Positions 46,644 to 59,091 are shown, numbered from the whole stretch's first letter. The stretch: 63,866 bases of DNA, filler included, from Lama guanicoe (GCA_013239625.1; 197 parts of 197 records of this genome joined end to end with filler, not necessarily neighbours in it), one strand, 5' to 3'. Translations and numbers: made by a program. Notes: generated by a model not told the origin, from the sequence alone.

Positions 46644-49018
46644 NNNNNNNNNNNNNNNNNNNNNNNNNNNNNNNNNNNNNNNNNNNNTTAATTAATTAAN
46701 NNNNNNNNNNNNNNNNNNNNNNNNNNNNNNNNNNNNNNNNNNNCACAATCTTATGAGTGCCGCTTTAACACCGCACCCACACCTGAAACAAAAAATGCTC
46801 TGTCAGTACTGGGTTTAGTAAAACCCGCTCCAAATCTAAAAGACACCCCACAGTTTCTTTTTTTTTTCTCTTCCTTTTTTTCTTTTTCTCTTCCCCCCCT
46901 CACCCCCCAAATGCTAGGTACCCTAACTCCACCCTTACTTGTTCTTGTCTCATTTATCCAATCTCTTTNNNNNNNNNNNNNNNNNNNNNNNNNNNNNNNN
47001 NNNNNNNNNNNNTTAATTAATTAANNNNNNNNNNNNNNNNNNNNNNNNNNNNNNNNNNNNNNNNNNNNAGGATGTAGGAAAATTTGAGTACTCTTAACTG
47101 TTGGTAATTTCACACATCACTACATCCAAAAACAAATAAATATAAGGAGAAGTAAAAATAAAACTTTAGAAATCTGCCTTAACAAAGTTTATGATCAGAA
47201 ATAATAACTTATATGCTAAAGATTTTCTTAAGGAAGGAAAAAATTAAAAACTCCCTAAATTTTAAAAGGAGGTAATGTCATAAAATGTCACATNNNNNNN
47301 NNNNNNNNNNNNNNNNNNNNNNNNNNNNNNNNNNNNNTTAATTAATTAANNNNNNNNNNNNNNNNNNNNNNNNNNNNNNNNNNNNNNNNNNNNCTAGATG
47401 AATGTACAATTCGATGTGAAAAGTACACAGTGAGACTAAGTACCAAGTTGGTGAATTTTTATAAAGTAAAAACTAAAGCATTCAGAAATAATGCTGTCAC
47501 TTGCTTCTCTGTCCAAAAGTTCATAGTTTCTGTCTCGGTGGTGAGGACCAGTACCGCCCAGCTCTGGCGGTAACTGAGAAAATTACACTGTACCTAGTAT
47601 ACCTAACAGCCCTGTAGTNNNNNNNNNNNNNNNNNNNNNNNNNNNNNNNNNNNNNNNNNNNNTTAATTAATTAANNNNNNNNNNNNNNNNNNNNNNNNNN
47701 NNNNNNNNNNNNNNNNNNGGTCTGAGCTCACGCTGGGTGATACTGAGGCCTGGGGGGTGGATGGGGTTGGCGGTGGACCACGAGAGGAAGCGATGGCCTC
47801 TTGGGTGGGCAGGGCCATGGGTCCTTGTGGGTCAGCACTCAGGGCCGACCGGTTGGGATGAGGGCTTGAAACCTCTTAAGTGTCTGACTTTGTGCCTCTC
47901 GGGGTTGTTTTGGCTTTTCCACGTCTTCTGTGTGACCACCCATNNNNNNNNNNNNNNNNNNNNNNNNNNNNNNNNNNNNNNNNNNNNTTAATTAATTAAN
48001 NNNNNNNNNNNNNNNNNNNNNNNNNNNNNNNNNNNNNNNNNNNTTATAATCAAGTCACAACTATTTCTTACATTCCTACTAGGAGCAGGGGCCGATTCAT
48101 GGGATGCTGAAGGACAGTGCTTGCTCTGCTGGAGGCGACGATGTGAAAGGCACCGGGCAAAGGCGACGCTCGGGGCACTTGTCGGCTGAGTGCGGGAACA
48201 AACAGGGACGGGGATTATCCACAGCAGGCAGGAGCTGGGAGCTAAACCACAGAGGCAGCGTGGGAGGANNNNNNNNNNNNNNNNNNNNNNNNNNNNNNNN
48301 NNNNNNNNNNNNTTAATTAATTAANNNNNNNNNNNNNNNNNNNNNNNNNNNNNNNNNNNNNNNNNNNNTCTGAGAGTTAAGTGTGTGTGAAAGCCGTCAA
48401 TCACCTAGCTTCTGGGAAACACAGAGATTCTTTTAACTGGGAAACAACAGGACATAAATATATATGGGGAGGTATTAGCTCCAACAGGGTTTTACAATGA
48501 AAACGGCATGAAATTCAAACCGGCACAAGGAAACAAACTGAGAAACTAGACTAAGCGTTTTTACTGCAAAACATTTCCTTTAAGCTAGACTAANNNNNNN
48601 NNNNNNNNNNNNNNNNNNNNNNNNNNNNNNNNNNNNNTTAATTAATTAANNNNNNNNNNNNNNNNNNNNNNNNNNNNNNNNNNNNNNNNNNNNCCAAAAT
48701 CATACTGACAAAGCACTACTCAACCCACTCACTACAAAAAAAATTTAAAAAGCTAAGAAGGCAAATTTAGGTTCTTTCATTGAAAACCAGCAACCGTCAC
48801 TGCCAGTATCTGTGGTGTAATGTTCCTGACTTCAAAAACTACTGGGCAGTTTCTTTACAAACGTGAAAAGCATATATGTATTCCACGTAGATGTTATTAG
48901 AGTAGGATTTTTCTTTTCNNNNNNNNNNNNNNNNNNNNNNNNNNNNNNNNNNNNNNNNNNNNTTAATTAATTAANNNNNNNNNNNNNNNNNNNNNNNNNN
49001 NNNNNNNNNNNNNNNNNN

Positions 49019-49243
49019 TTTTTTTTCATCTCAAAGACTTTTCTACTTCTTTGTGATTCCCCCCCCCTTTTTTTTCTTCTTTTATCCTTTGGTTGATGAA
49101 TGTGTTGTTTAATTTCCACATATTTGTGAGCTTGTCAAATTTCCTGTTATTACTGATTTCTACTTTTAGTCCATTGGAGTTAGACGATATCATTGGTATG
49201 ATTTCAATCTTTTAAAGTTTCTTAATGCTTGCTTATGGCCTAA
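49019..49243 (-). mobile_element. Old L1 ORF2 endonuclease region
   Basis: tgtgttgtttaatttccacatatttgtgag...ctgttattactgatttctactttt...tggtatgatttcaatcttttaaa. Confidence 0.8.
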
Positions 49244-49993
49244 NNNNNNNNNNNNNNNNNNNNNNNNNNNNNNNNNNNNNNNNNNNNTTAATTAATTAAN
49301 NNNNNNNNNNNNNNNNNNNNNNNNNNNNNNNNNNNNNNNNNNNTTTGCCAAACTGTAGGAGGTCTGTGTAGAAGGTGTTTTTAATGTCAGAACAGATTTT
49401 CCTCATATGTCACAATAAATAGGTATTATGCCTTAAAAATGAGAGCTGACTACTCAAACTAGAGAACTGGGGTATGATGGAAAAAGCGTTGATTTTCAGG
49501 CAATTAACAAGGATTCAACTCTCTATCACTAGTCAACATTGTAAAGGCTCAATTTCTTTACATGTAAGNNNNNNNNNNNNNNNNNNNNNNNNNNNNNNNN
49601 NNNNNNNNNNNNTTAATTAATTAANNNNNNNNNNNNNNNNNNNNNNNNNNNNNNNNNNNNNNNNNNNNAAGTAGTAGAGCTTCATAATAAATTACTTTGT
49701 ATCACTGACTATGGGTAGATGAGCTTATGGTATTGACTCTGTCTAGAGGATTTGAGATAGCTCTACACTAAGCCTTGATGTCTCATACAGTAGGCTACAC
49801 TTTAAACCAAAACTCACCGTTATCAAGCTATTATCTAAACCACCGTTTAGATACTCAAATTCATATCTAAATTAGTAACAGAATTAAAGAAGGNNNNNNN
49901 NNNNNNNNNNNNNNNNNNNNNNNNNNNNNNNNNNNNNTTAATTAATTAANNNNNNNNNNNNNNNNNNNNNNNNNNNNNNNNNNNNNNNNNNNN

Positions 49994-50218
49994 TTTGAAA
50001 GAAGACATAAAAATAGCCAACAGGCGTGTGAAAAGTTGCTCAGCATCACTAATCATCAGGGAAATGCAAATCAAAACCACGATCAATATCAGCTCATACC
50101 TGTTAGGATGGCCATGATCAAAAAAAGAGTAAATATTAGTGAGAATGTCTAAAAACTGGAATCCATGTTCACTGTTGGTAAGAATGTAAATTTGTCCAAC
50201 CATAATGAAAAAAAGTAT
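49994..50218 (+). mobile_element. L1 ORF2 3' fragment
   Basis: aaagaagacataaaaatagccaacaggcgtgtgaaaagttgctcagcatcactaatcatcagggaaatgcaaatcaaaaccac. Confidence 0.92.
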
Positions 50219-50968
50219 NNNNNNNNNNNNNNNNNNNNNNNNNNNNNNNNNNNNNNNNNNNNTTAATTAATTAANNNNNNNNNNNNNNNNNNNNNNNNNN
50301 NNNNNNNNNNNNNNNNNNGTAAGCTCAACTCAGGACCAGCCATCTCCCTCGAGGGGAGGGGAGGGAGGGGGAGGGGAGGGAGTGGACGGGGAGGAATCGA
50401 TCATCCTGCACCTGGTGTAAAACATCACGATGAGCCGCCGGGGTCCTCTGAAGTCCGTCTATTGCTTCGGGCTGCACTGAGCGGTTGGTAACGGTTGAGA
50501 TTTTCATGTAGAAGTGCGTGTATGCTGGAACAATTGCTCGGTTNNNNNNNNNNNNNNNNNNNNNNNNNNNNNNNNNNNNNNNNNNNNTTAATTAATTAAN
50601 NNNNNNNNNNNNNNNNNNNNNNNNNNNNNNNNNNNNNNNNNNNGTAGCCTCCCCATGCTCAGGATTCCAGAAAACTTCTTCGTGTGTGTGCTCTTGGTGG
50701 AGAAAGAGTCCATGCTTATTTCAGGGGGCACAGGTATTCCATTGTTTGGGGTTGTTGGTTAAACACCTCCACTTCCGATGGAGAGGCACTCAATAATACT
50801 TGGATGTAGAGCCATAATCCCACTTTGAACCACACTCCGGCTTATGCAATCCATCAGGGAAAAGAAGCNNNNNNNNNNNNNNNNNNNNNNNNNNNNNNNN
50901 NNNNNNNNNNNNTTAATTAATTAANNNNNNNNNNNNNNNNNNNNNNNNNNNNNNNNNNNNNNNNNNNN

Positions 50969-51193
50969 AAGAAAAAAGAAGACACTAATGAACTTATCCA
51001 CAAAACAGAAACAGACTCAAAAACATAGTAGTAAACAAACATATGGTTACCAGTGGAAAAGGGGGTGGGAAGGGATAAATTGGGAGTTTGAGACTTGCAA
51101 ATATTAGCTACTACATATAAAATAGATTTAAAAAATTCTTCTGTATAACACAGAGAACTATATTCAATAACCTGTGATATATATATATATATA
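50969..51193 (+). mobile_element. Camelid-type L1 3' UTR ending in a (TA)n microsatellite
   Basis: gacactaatgaacttatccacaaaacagaaacagactc...atggttaccagtggaaaagggggtgggaagggataaattgggagtttgag; terminal (TA)n. Confidence 0.9.
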
Positions 51194-51618
51194 NNNNNNN
51201 NNNNNNNNNNNNNNNNNNNNNNNNNNNNNNNNNNNNNTTAATTAATTAANNNNNNNNNNNNNNNNNNNNNNNNNNNNNNNNNNNNNNNNNNNNGCCAGGG
51301 AATTAGAAAAATTACCCCTAGTCTTCAGTGACATGAATAATGCTTTTCTTTTTTTTTTTTTTTTCCTTCCAATGGTTCTGACCTGGACAAGGTTAAAAGC
51401 ATGGTTTCTCTGCAACTCAATTTAAAAAAAAATCCTATTTTCTACTTGCTTTGGTTTTAACACATATACCTAAACACTCTTCTTTTTCTTTCAGCAATAA
51501 AATCTGATATGTAGCTTGNNNNNNNNNNNNNNNNNNNNNNNNNNNNNNNNNNNNNNNNNNNNTTAATTAATTAANNNNNNNNNNNNNNNNNNNNNNNNNN
51601 NNNNNNNNNNNNNNNNNN

Positions 51619-51770
51619 ACTGAGTTCAAATCTGGCTCTGTGACTTGGGCAAGTTTTTCAACCTCTCGGAGCCTATCTCTTAGGGACATTGTGAGGATTA
51701 AACAGAACACGGCAAGTGCTTAGAACAGTATCTGGTGCCTGGTGACGAGGACATGTTATTTTCATCGTTA
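51619..51770 (+). mobile_element. MIR SINE
   Basis: ctgagttcaaatctggctctgtgacttgggcaagtttttcaacctctcggagcct...ttgtgaggattaaa...gtgcttagaacagtatctgg. Confidence 0.8.
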
Positions 51771-52012
51771 CCACGTGATCGTCACTAGGGTGGGGCTGGG
51801 GAGCTCACACTACAGTCAAGGAGACAGACAAGCAAATACACAGNNNNNNNNNNNNNNNNNNNNNNNNNNNNNNNNNNNNNNNNNNNNTTAATTAATTAAN
51901 NNNNNNNNNNNNNNNNNNNNNNNNNNNNNNNNNNNNNNNNNNNTGCCTGCTCCTTTCCGTGAAATTAAACCAGAATATCTAAAGTTGGGCTCAATAAACA
52001 GTATTTCTATTA

Positions 52013-52070
52013 CTTTTTTTCATTGAAGTATAGTCAGTTACAATGTGTTGATTTCCGGCATGCAGCACAA
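52013..52070 (-). mobile_element. Short L1 3' terminus with polyA (same family as 6570-6627)
   Basis: Reverse complement: tgctgcatgccggaaatcaacacattgtaactgactatacttcaatgaaaaaaaa. Confidence 0.75.
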
Positions 52071-52918
52071 CAACAACACATAAATTCTTCTTCAAGAAAT
52101 GAATTTTAAGGATTTTTACGAATTTTTAAGGATCCTCAAGTTATTTGTCTATGCAGCTGAACTCAAGANNNNNNNNNNNNNNNNNNNNNNNNNNNNNNNN
52201 NNNNNNNNNNNNTTAATTAATTAANNNNNNNNNNNNNNNNNNNNNNNNNNNNNNNNNNNNNNNNNNNNCTTGGGTTCTGGCAGGAGAAATGCCCTCACTG
52301 GCATGTTGTGAGAAGCTGGGACCCATTACCAAGGCAACTGGCTTCTCCTTTTCCTGGAGAACTTATGCATTGAGCCTGTAACAGCCTGATAGGAATTTTT
52401 TAGATGCAGTTTTCTCTGGAGGCTGGACTCTGATAGTTACTATCCTGTCTGCAGTTTTATGATTAGATTATAGACCACCGTTTGTGGTGTGATNNNNNNN
52501 NNNNNNNNNNNNNNNNNNNNNNNNNNNNNNNNNNNNNTTAATTAATTAANNNNNNNNNNNNNNNNNNNNNNNNNNNNNNNNNNNNNNNNNNNNGTGGGAA
52601 GTGAGAACACTGTTAGGCAGAGGGAACTGCACATGGAAAGGCAGTGGTGGAGGGAGACAGAGGAACCAACAGCCCTGGAGTCCATGTTGGAGAGGGCGGG
52701 GCGGGCAGGAGAGGGGCTCAGAAGACAGTGCGTGAGTCATTAGATGCCCACATCAGTGGTGAGTAACAGTTATCATAATCACTGATACTTAGATGTCACA
52801 TTTCAAATAGTGACAATTNNNNNNNNNNNNNNNNNNNNNNNNNNNNNNNNNNNNNNNNNNNNTTAATTAATTAANNNNNNNNNNNNNNNNNNNNNNNNNN
52901 NNNNNNNNNNNNNNNNNN

Positions 52919-53143
52919 ACTGAATATAGAATTTAGAAAAACGGATGTAGAACACAGAATTTATAATGTACAATACAGAAAACTGAATAGAGTATTTACA
53001 ATATAGAATGTAGAACAGAGAATATAGAATAGAGATTATAGATAAACCAACACAGAATTTAGAATATAAAATGCAGAACACAGAATTTAGAATTTAGAAT
53101 ACGGAATACTGAAAATAGAATTTAGAATGTAGAATGTAGAACA
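52919..53143. repeat. Degenerate 7-bp tandem satellite (same family as 6157-6380)
   Basis: agaacacagaatttagaatttagaatacggaatac...agaatttagaatgtagaatgtagaaca. Confidence 0.9.
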
Positions 53144-53568
53144 NNNNNNNNNNNNNNNNNNNNNNNNNNNNNNNNNNNNNNNNNNNNTTAATTAATTAAN
53201 NNNNNNNNNNNNNNNNNNNNNNNNNNNNNNNNNNNNNNNNNNNGGACACAAATGCTGAATGAGAGGGCTAACCCCCTTCTAGAGAGTCCATGCGGTCATG
53301 TACTGGACCTCTCTATTCACATTTATGTTACCAATGAACATATTACCCGATTTTTGTGGGCTTGTATTTCAAACCAAGGCAAAAGGAAGCTCATCTGAAT
53401 TAAATCTCATGTATGAAAAGGACATGAAATATTCAACACAAGTGATACAAGTTCTAAATCACAGAACANNNNNNNNNNNNNNNNNNNNNNNNNNNNNNNN
53501 NNNNNNNNNNNNTTAATTAATTAANNNNNNNNNNNNNNNNNNNNNNNNNNNNNNNNNNNNNNNNNNNN

Positions 53569-53793
53569 ATGATCAAATACATTTTGAAAAATATTCCTGT
53601 GTGTGCGGTGTATACAATATAGACTACAGCCAAAGACCGGTCAGGCAGCTAATGAAATAGTCTATAGAAAACATGACGGTTTTTGTCTATAGGGATGCAG
53701 GGAATTAGATTTGAGATATACTTGGGTGTAAAAATCAATACACTTGGCTGATGGTTTGGATATAGAAATGGAGGGAGGCCAGGTTAATTCCCA
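53569..53793 (-). mobile_element. L2 fragment
   Basis: atgatcaaatacattttgaaaaatatt...tagatttgagatatacttggg..aaaatcaa..cacttggctgatggtttggatat. Confidence 0.65.
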
Positions 53794-54644
53794 NNNNNNN
53801 NNNNNNNNNNNNNNNNNNNNNNNNNNNNNNNNNNNNNTTAATTAATTAANNNNNNNNNNNNNNNNNNNNNNNNNNNNNNNNNNNNNNNNNNNNAATTGAT
53901 TAGAAAAGTGAGTGTGAGCACATATGCACATGCATGTGTGCTTATGTATTTCTCAAGAAAAATAAATCGTATTAATGAAAAAATATAGCCACAGCCTCAT
54001 ACCTATCTATATCCACCAACTGGATATTAAGAGTATTTTATTTAAGAGGTTTAGAATGGAGACAAAATGTCAATAGTTTCCCATAGAAAACTAACTGACA
54101 GAGCTTTAGCCTACATTANNNNNNNNNNNNNNNNNNNNNNNNNNNNNNNNNNNNNNNNNNNNTTAATTAATTAANNNNNNNNNNNNNNNNNNNNNNNNNN
54201 NNNNNNNNNNNNNNNNNNCTATGTCTACCTAAGAAAGGAAAGAAGAAGAAAATAAAAATAATGATAAAAGTAAGACCAAAATGTGCAGGCAACTAAACAA
54301 AAAAGCAAAAATCTTCAAAAATAGTCAGCTATATTAGTATTATAAAATTAAGAATTAAAGGTCTAAAAACATTAAAATTGATGGAAGCTATTTTATTTTG
54401 ACAAAAAGCACAAGGCTCCCTGCAGACCTAAGGGTCAGGAATANNNNNNNNNNNNNNNNNNNNNNNNNNNNNNNNNNNNNNNNNNNNTTAATTAATTAAN
54501 NNNNNNNNNNNNNNNNNNNNNNNNNNNNNNNNNNNNNNNNNNNCCAGAATCTGGAAAGAAATCTGGATTTTATTCCATATACAGTGGGATGTCTTTGGAA
54601 GTGTTTGTGGTTTGTTTGTTTGGATTTTTGTTTTTTGTTTGAAA

Positions 54645-54768
54645 TTTTTTGCAATTGTTGTAAAATATGCGTAGCATAGAATTTACCATCTTAACTATTT
54701 TCCCGTGTAATTCAGTGCATTAAGTGCATTCACACTGCTGTGCAGCCATCACCACCATTCATCTTAGC
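54645..54768 (-). mobile_element. L1MB-type 3' end
   Basis: aattgttgtaaaatatgcgtagcatagaatttaccatcttaac...ttcagtgcattaagtgcattcacactgctgtgcagccatcaccacc. Confidence 0.85.
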
Positions 54769-55843
54769 NNNNNNNNNNNNNNNNNNNNNNNNNNNNNNNN
54801 NNNNNNNNNNNNTTAATTAATTAANNNNNNNNNNNNNNNNNNNNNNNNNNNNNNNNNNNNNNNNNNNNCACTGCTTCCCATTTCCTGAAGTCCACCCACC
54901 ATTCCTTCAGTCTGGACCACACGTCCATCACCACCAAGATGCCCTAAAGATGCAAATTCTCCAGACACTCCCTTCACCTTGTCTTTTAGCTAAACGCTGT
55001 TTCTCCCCTGAGAACCTAGCCTCCCTGGGCAGGCAGCCCTCTTCAGCAGCCTCCATCTCCACCCTGTCTACAGGCAGCTCTCTGTACGGCCATNNNNNNN
55101 NNNNNNNNNNNNNNNNNNNNNNNNNNNNNNNNNNNNNTTAATTAATTAANNNNNNNNNNNNNNNNNNNNNNNNNNNNNNNNNNNNNNNNNNNNCTTCAGG
55201 CTTCGATTAGTTGTAAACGGAGCACTCAGTTTACTCACTGCCGAAGAAACCACCTCAGCTCAGCTGGACTGCTACTTGTCTACAAGTCCTGGTCAAGAAA
55301 GACGTGTGCGGATTGACAGCACCACAAAATTATTTTACCTTTTTTTGTCCTTTTGAGAAAACAGTATGCTTTCCAAGGAATGCTGTTAGGTCAGAGGGAC
55401 GAAAGAAGGAGAGAAGGCNNNNNNNNNNNNNNNNNNNNNNNNNNNNNNNNNNNNNNNNNNNNTTAATTAATTAANNNNNNNNNNNNNNNNNNNNNNNNNN
55501 NNNNNNNNNNNNNNNNNNGAGCCTTGACACGCGGCCACGCGGAAGCACGAGGGGCCCGGCGGGCAGGTGGGGTGAGCCCGCGTCCATACGGGGTGAGCCC
55601 GCAGCCAGGCGAGGTGAACCCGCAGAGCAGGCGGACGGGGCTGGGATTCCCGGTGAAGGAGAGGGCACCGCCCGCCCCGGAGGGGGCCGTGGAGGGCCAG
55701 GCACACAGCCTGGGGCATTCCGTGGGGCCTGGGAAGGGGTGAGNNNNNNNNNNNNNNNNNNNNNNNNNNNNNNNNNNNNNNNNNNNNTTAATTAATTAAN
55801 NNNNNNNNNNNNNNNNNNNNNNNNNNNNNNNNNNNNNNNNNNN

Positions 55844-56067
55844 TGTAGTTCCCTGTGCTGTACAGTAGGACTTTGTGGCTTATCTATTCTGTATATACTA
55901 GTTTGTATCTGCTAATCCCAAACTCCCAATTTATCTGTCCTCCCACTTCCCCTTCAGTAATCTTAAGTTTATTTTTCTATGTAAGTCTATTTCTGTTTTG
56001 TAAATAAGTTCATTTGTGTATTTTAGATTCCACATGTAAGTGATATCATATGATATTTGTCTTTCTC
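55844..56067 (-). mobile_element. Cetartiodactyl-type L1 3' UTR
   Basis: tagttccctgtgctgtacagtagg...tgtatctgctaatcccaaactcccaatttatc...ttttagattccacatgtaagtgatatcatatg. Confidence 0.92.
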
Positions 56068-56244
56068 NNNNNNNNNNNNNNNNNNNNNNNNNNNNNNNNN
56101 NNNNNNNNNNNTTAATTAATTAANNNNNNNNNNNNNNNNNNNNNNNNNNNNNNNNNNNNNNNNNNNNGTGCTCCTAGTGGAGCTAAATGCCTTCTTGAGA
56201 TAATGAGAAAGATTGGCTTCAGAAAAAAAAGTGTAATATTAATC

Positions 56245-56392
56245 ATGTGCTAAGTACTATTGTAAACATTCTGCGTGGTTTATCTCATTTAAACATCATA
56301 GTAACCCTATGATGCAGTATGCATTCCCGTTGACTCCACTTTATAGATTAGGAAGTCCAAGTACAGAGAGATTAAATAATTTGCCGAAGGTC
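56245..56392 (-). mobile_element. MIR SINE
   Basis: atgtgctaagtactattgtaaac...tatctcatttaaacatcatagtaaccctatga...ccactttatagattaggaag...agagagattaaataatttgccgaaggtc. Confidence 0.8.
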
Positions 56393-57142
56393 NNNNNNNN
56401 NNNNNNNNNNNNNNNNNNNNNNNNNNNNNNNNNNNNTTAATTAATTAANNNNNNNNNNNNNNNNNNNNNNNNNNNNNNNNNNNNNNNNNNNNGCTTTTGA
56501 AGTTCTGTTTAACCTTTCTTCAGTCATTCTTGGAGATGGAATGAGAACGGAGAATCCACAGAACCGTGGCCTTCACCAAAGCTGGGCAGCGGGGCAATGC
56601 GCTCAGAAGAGGCTCTACAAGAGAGGGGGCATGCACCCTGTGGGTCACAGGCTAAGGCGTAAGAATTACTTTCTTTACTTGGAATTATCCTGCGACTTTG
56701 CCTGTATTGAATCGTTTNNNNNNNNNNNNNNNNNNNNNNNNNNNNNNNNNNNNNNNNNNNNTTAATTAATTAANNNNNNNNNNNNNNNNNNNNNNNNNNN
56801 NNNNNNNNNNNNNNNNNACAGCAAATCCAGGTCCTCCTGATTCCACGGCCTGAAAAATCTCTTGTGTGCTACCCCGGAGGCTCTACCCAGGAGCGATGAA
56901 CCAGGGACTCTGCCCCTCTAAGCCCTCATCCCCAAGGAGAGCTCTCTCTGCTGCCCAGCCGCCTCCTCTCTGCTCCTCTGTCTCCTCCCCGCTTCCCTCT
57001 CCAGGTGTTCCCGCTGGTTTCCAGCCTGACGTTCCAGCCCGTNNNNNNNNNNNNNNNNNNNNNNNNNNNNNNNNNNNNNNNNNNNNTTAATTAATTAANN
57101 NNNNNNNNNNNNNNNNNNNNNNNNNNNNNNNNNNNNNNNNNN

Positions 57143-57367
57143 ATATTTTTTCAGTTTCTTTTCCATTAAGGCTCATTACAAGAAACTGAAGATAGTTCCT
57201 TGTGCTGTACAGTAGGTCCTTGTTGTTTGTCTAACACAGTGTGGTTACCAGAGGGGAGTGGGGTAGGAACGGATAGATTAGAAGTTTGGGATGAAGAGAT
57301 ACAGATTACTATAATGCCATATGACATCATTTATATGAGGAATCTAACAAATAATAACACAAATGAA
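57143..57367. mobile_element. Rearranged L1 3' UTR (inverted junction near 57232)
   Basis: 57143-57232 is antisense 3'UTR; 57233-57311 is the sense segment directly upstream of it in the element; 57312-57367 is a still more upstream sense segment. Confidence 0.75.
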
Positions 57368-57809
57368 NNNNNNNNNNNNNNNNNNNNNNNNNNNNNNNNN
57401 NNNNNNNNNNNTTAATTAATTAANNNNNNNNNNNNNNNNNNNNNNNNNNNNNNNNNNNNNNNNNNNNAAGGCTCAGGGCAAAAAGCCTTGACAAGCCAGA
57501 GCAGGTAAGTTAGGACTCCATGGAAAGGGAGCCTGCTTCTCACAGTGAGGCATCATATTTGGAATGCATCTCTTCCACAATTTGAGGTGAATATATAAAT
57601 GACTAGAGAGGTAGAATAGTGTCTTGATGGAGGGAGGACCTGAAGGAAAGTGCCTGGGTCCCGAGCTCCCCAGCCATTGTCTGACGGGGCACNNNNNNNN
57701 NNNNNNNNNNNNNNNNNNNNNNNNNNNNNNNNNNNNTTAATTAATTAANNNNNNNNNNNNNNNNNNNNNNNNNNNNNNNNNNNNNNNNNNNNTTTCTTGC
57801 ACTTTTCCC

Positions 57810-57965
57810 TCATGCACTTATTTAGCAAGTGTTTGCGGTGACGCCACTGTGTACAGGTACCGTTTTAAGCCCAGGGACACAGCAGAGGACAAGGCTGACC
57901 CAGATCCCTACCCGCGTGGGTCCCACATTGTTGGGGTGCAGATGAAGGCTAGAAAAGATAACCAG
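57810..57965 (-). mobile_element. L2 3' end
   Basis: cacttatttagcaagtgtttgcggtgacgccactgtgtacaggtaccgttttaagcccagggacacagcagaggacaag. Confidence 0.65.
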
Positions 57966-58129
57966 GTGGGGTGTCCCTGCAGGTGGGGTGGTTGGAAGGG
58001 ACTAGGGGGCAACAGGGNNNNNNNNNNNNNNNNNNNNNNNNNNNNNNNNNNNNNNNNNNNNTTAATTAATTAANNNNNNNNNNNNNNNNNNNNNNNNNNN
58101 NNNNNNNNNNNNNNNNNCTGGGCTACTGT

Positions 58130-58342
58130 GGCACGGGCAGAGATGGCTCTAAGGCTAGGGAGATCCAGATGCCACCAGAGAAATGGAGGAGACATCTATT
58201 AAGTAGGAGACATCTATTAAGAGATATTTTTTGCAAGATATTGGCCGACATAATTGTAGGGGCTGCCTATGCAAGTCTGAAATCCAGAGGGCAAGCGGTC
58301 AGGAAGAATAAGCTGGAACTCTTGGTTGTCTGTCCACAGGCA
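58130..58342 (-). mobile_element. MLT2-like (ERVL) LTR
   Basis: agagatattttttgcaagatattggccgacataattgtaggggctgcc..gcaagtctgaaatccagagggcaagc. Confidence 0.65.
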
Positions 58343-59091
58343 NNNNNNNNNNNNNNNNNNNNNNNNNNNNNNNNNNNNNNNNNNNNTTAATTAATTAANN
58401 NNNNNNNNNNNNNNNNNNNNNNNNNNNNNNNNNNNNNNNNNNTATATTTTCTTCAGTCGACCCCAACAGCTGCTTACAGGTTCGGTGTAGGGTTCTGCAG
58501 ACACTTTCTTTTCTTTATTTCTAAAGATGCTTAGTTTTTATGCTGTTGTAAATATAATATTTTCCATTTTCTTGCTGCAGCTCTAAATGCACACAGTTCA
58601 GTTATGCACACTGTCCCCGTAATCCTCATCCTGGCTGAAACCACTTACCGGTGTTAGACGCTGTTTTNNNNNNNNNNNNNNNNNNNNNNNNNNNNNNNNN
58701 NNNNNNNNNNNTTAATTAATTAANNNNNNNNNNNNNNNNNNNNNNNNNNNNNNNNNNNNNNNNNNNNCTTCCCTGACCTTGGGGAGGCAGCCGCTGACAC
58801 TGGGAAATCCAACACAACCCCCTAGCTTTCCCTGGCAGCCAGACTCAGGAAAACACTCGGGGGAGACGAGCTTAGGCATTCCGTTTGAACCCACGCGACG
58901 CCGACGGTTGGTGGAACCTCCCCACGCTCAGGATCCTGGAAACATTGTCTGTGCGTGGGGGAGCTCGAGAGACAACCCCACGCAGCTCTCTNNNNNNNNN
59001 NNNNNNNNNNNNNNNNNNNNNNNNNNNNNNNNNNNTTAATTAATTAANNNNNNNNNNNNNNNNNNNNNNNNNNNNNNNNNNNNNNNNNNNN

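Noticed and set aside
50319..50868. Coding-looking fragments at 50319 and 50644
   Set aside because: The minus-strand frames I translated gave no recognisable family, and most contain stops.
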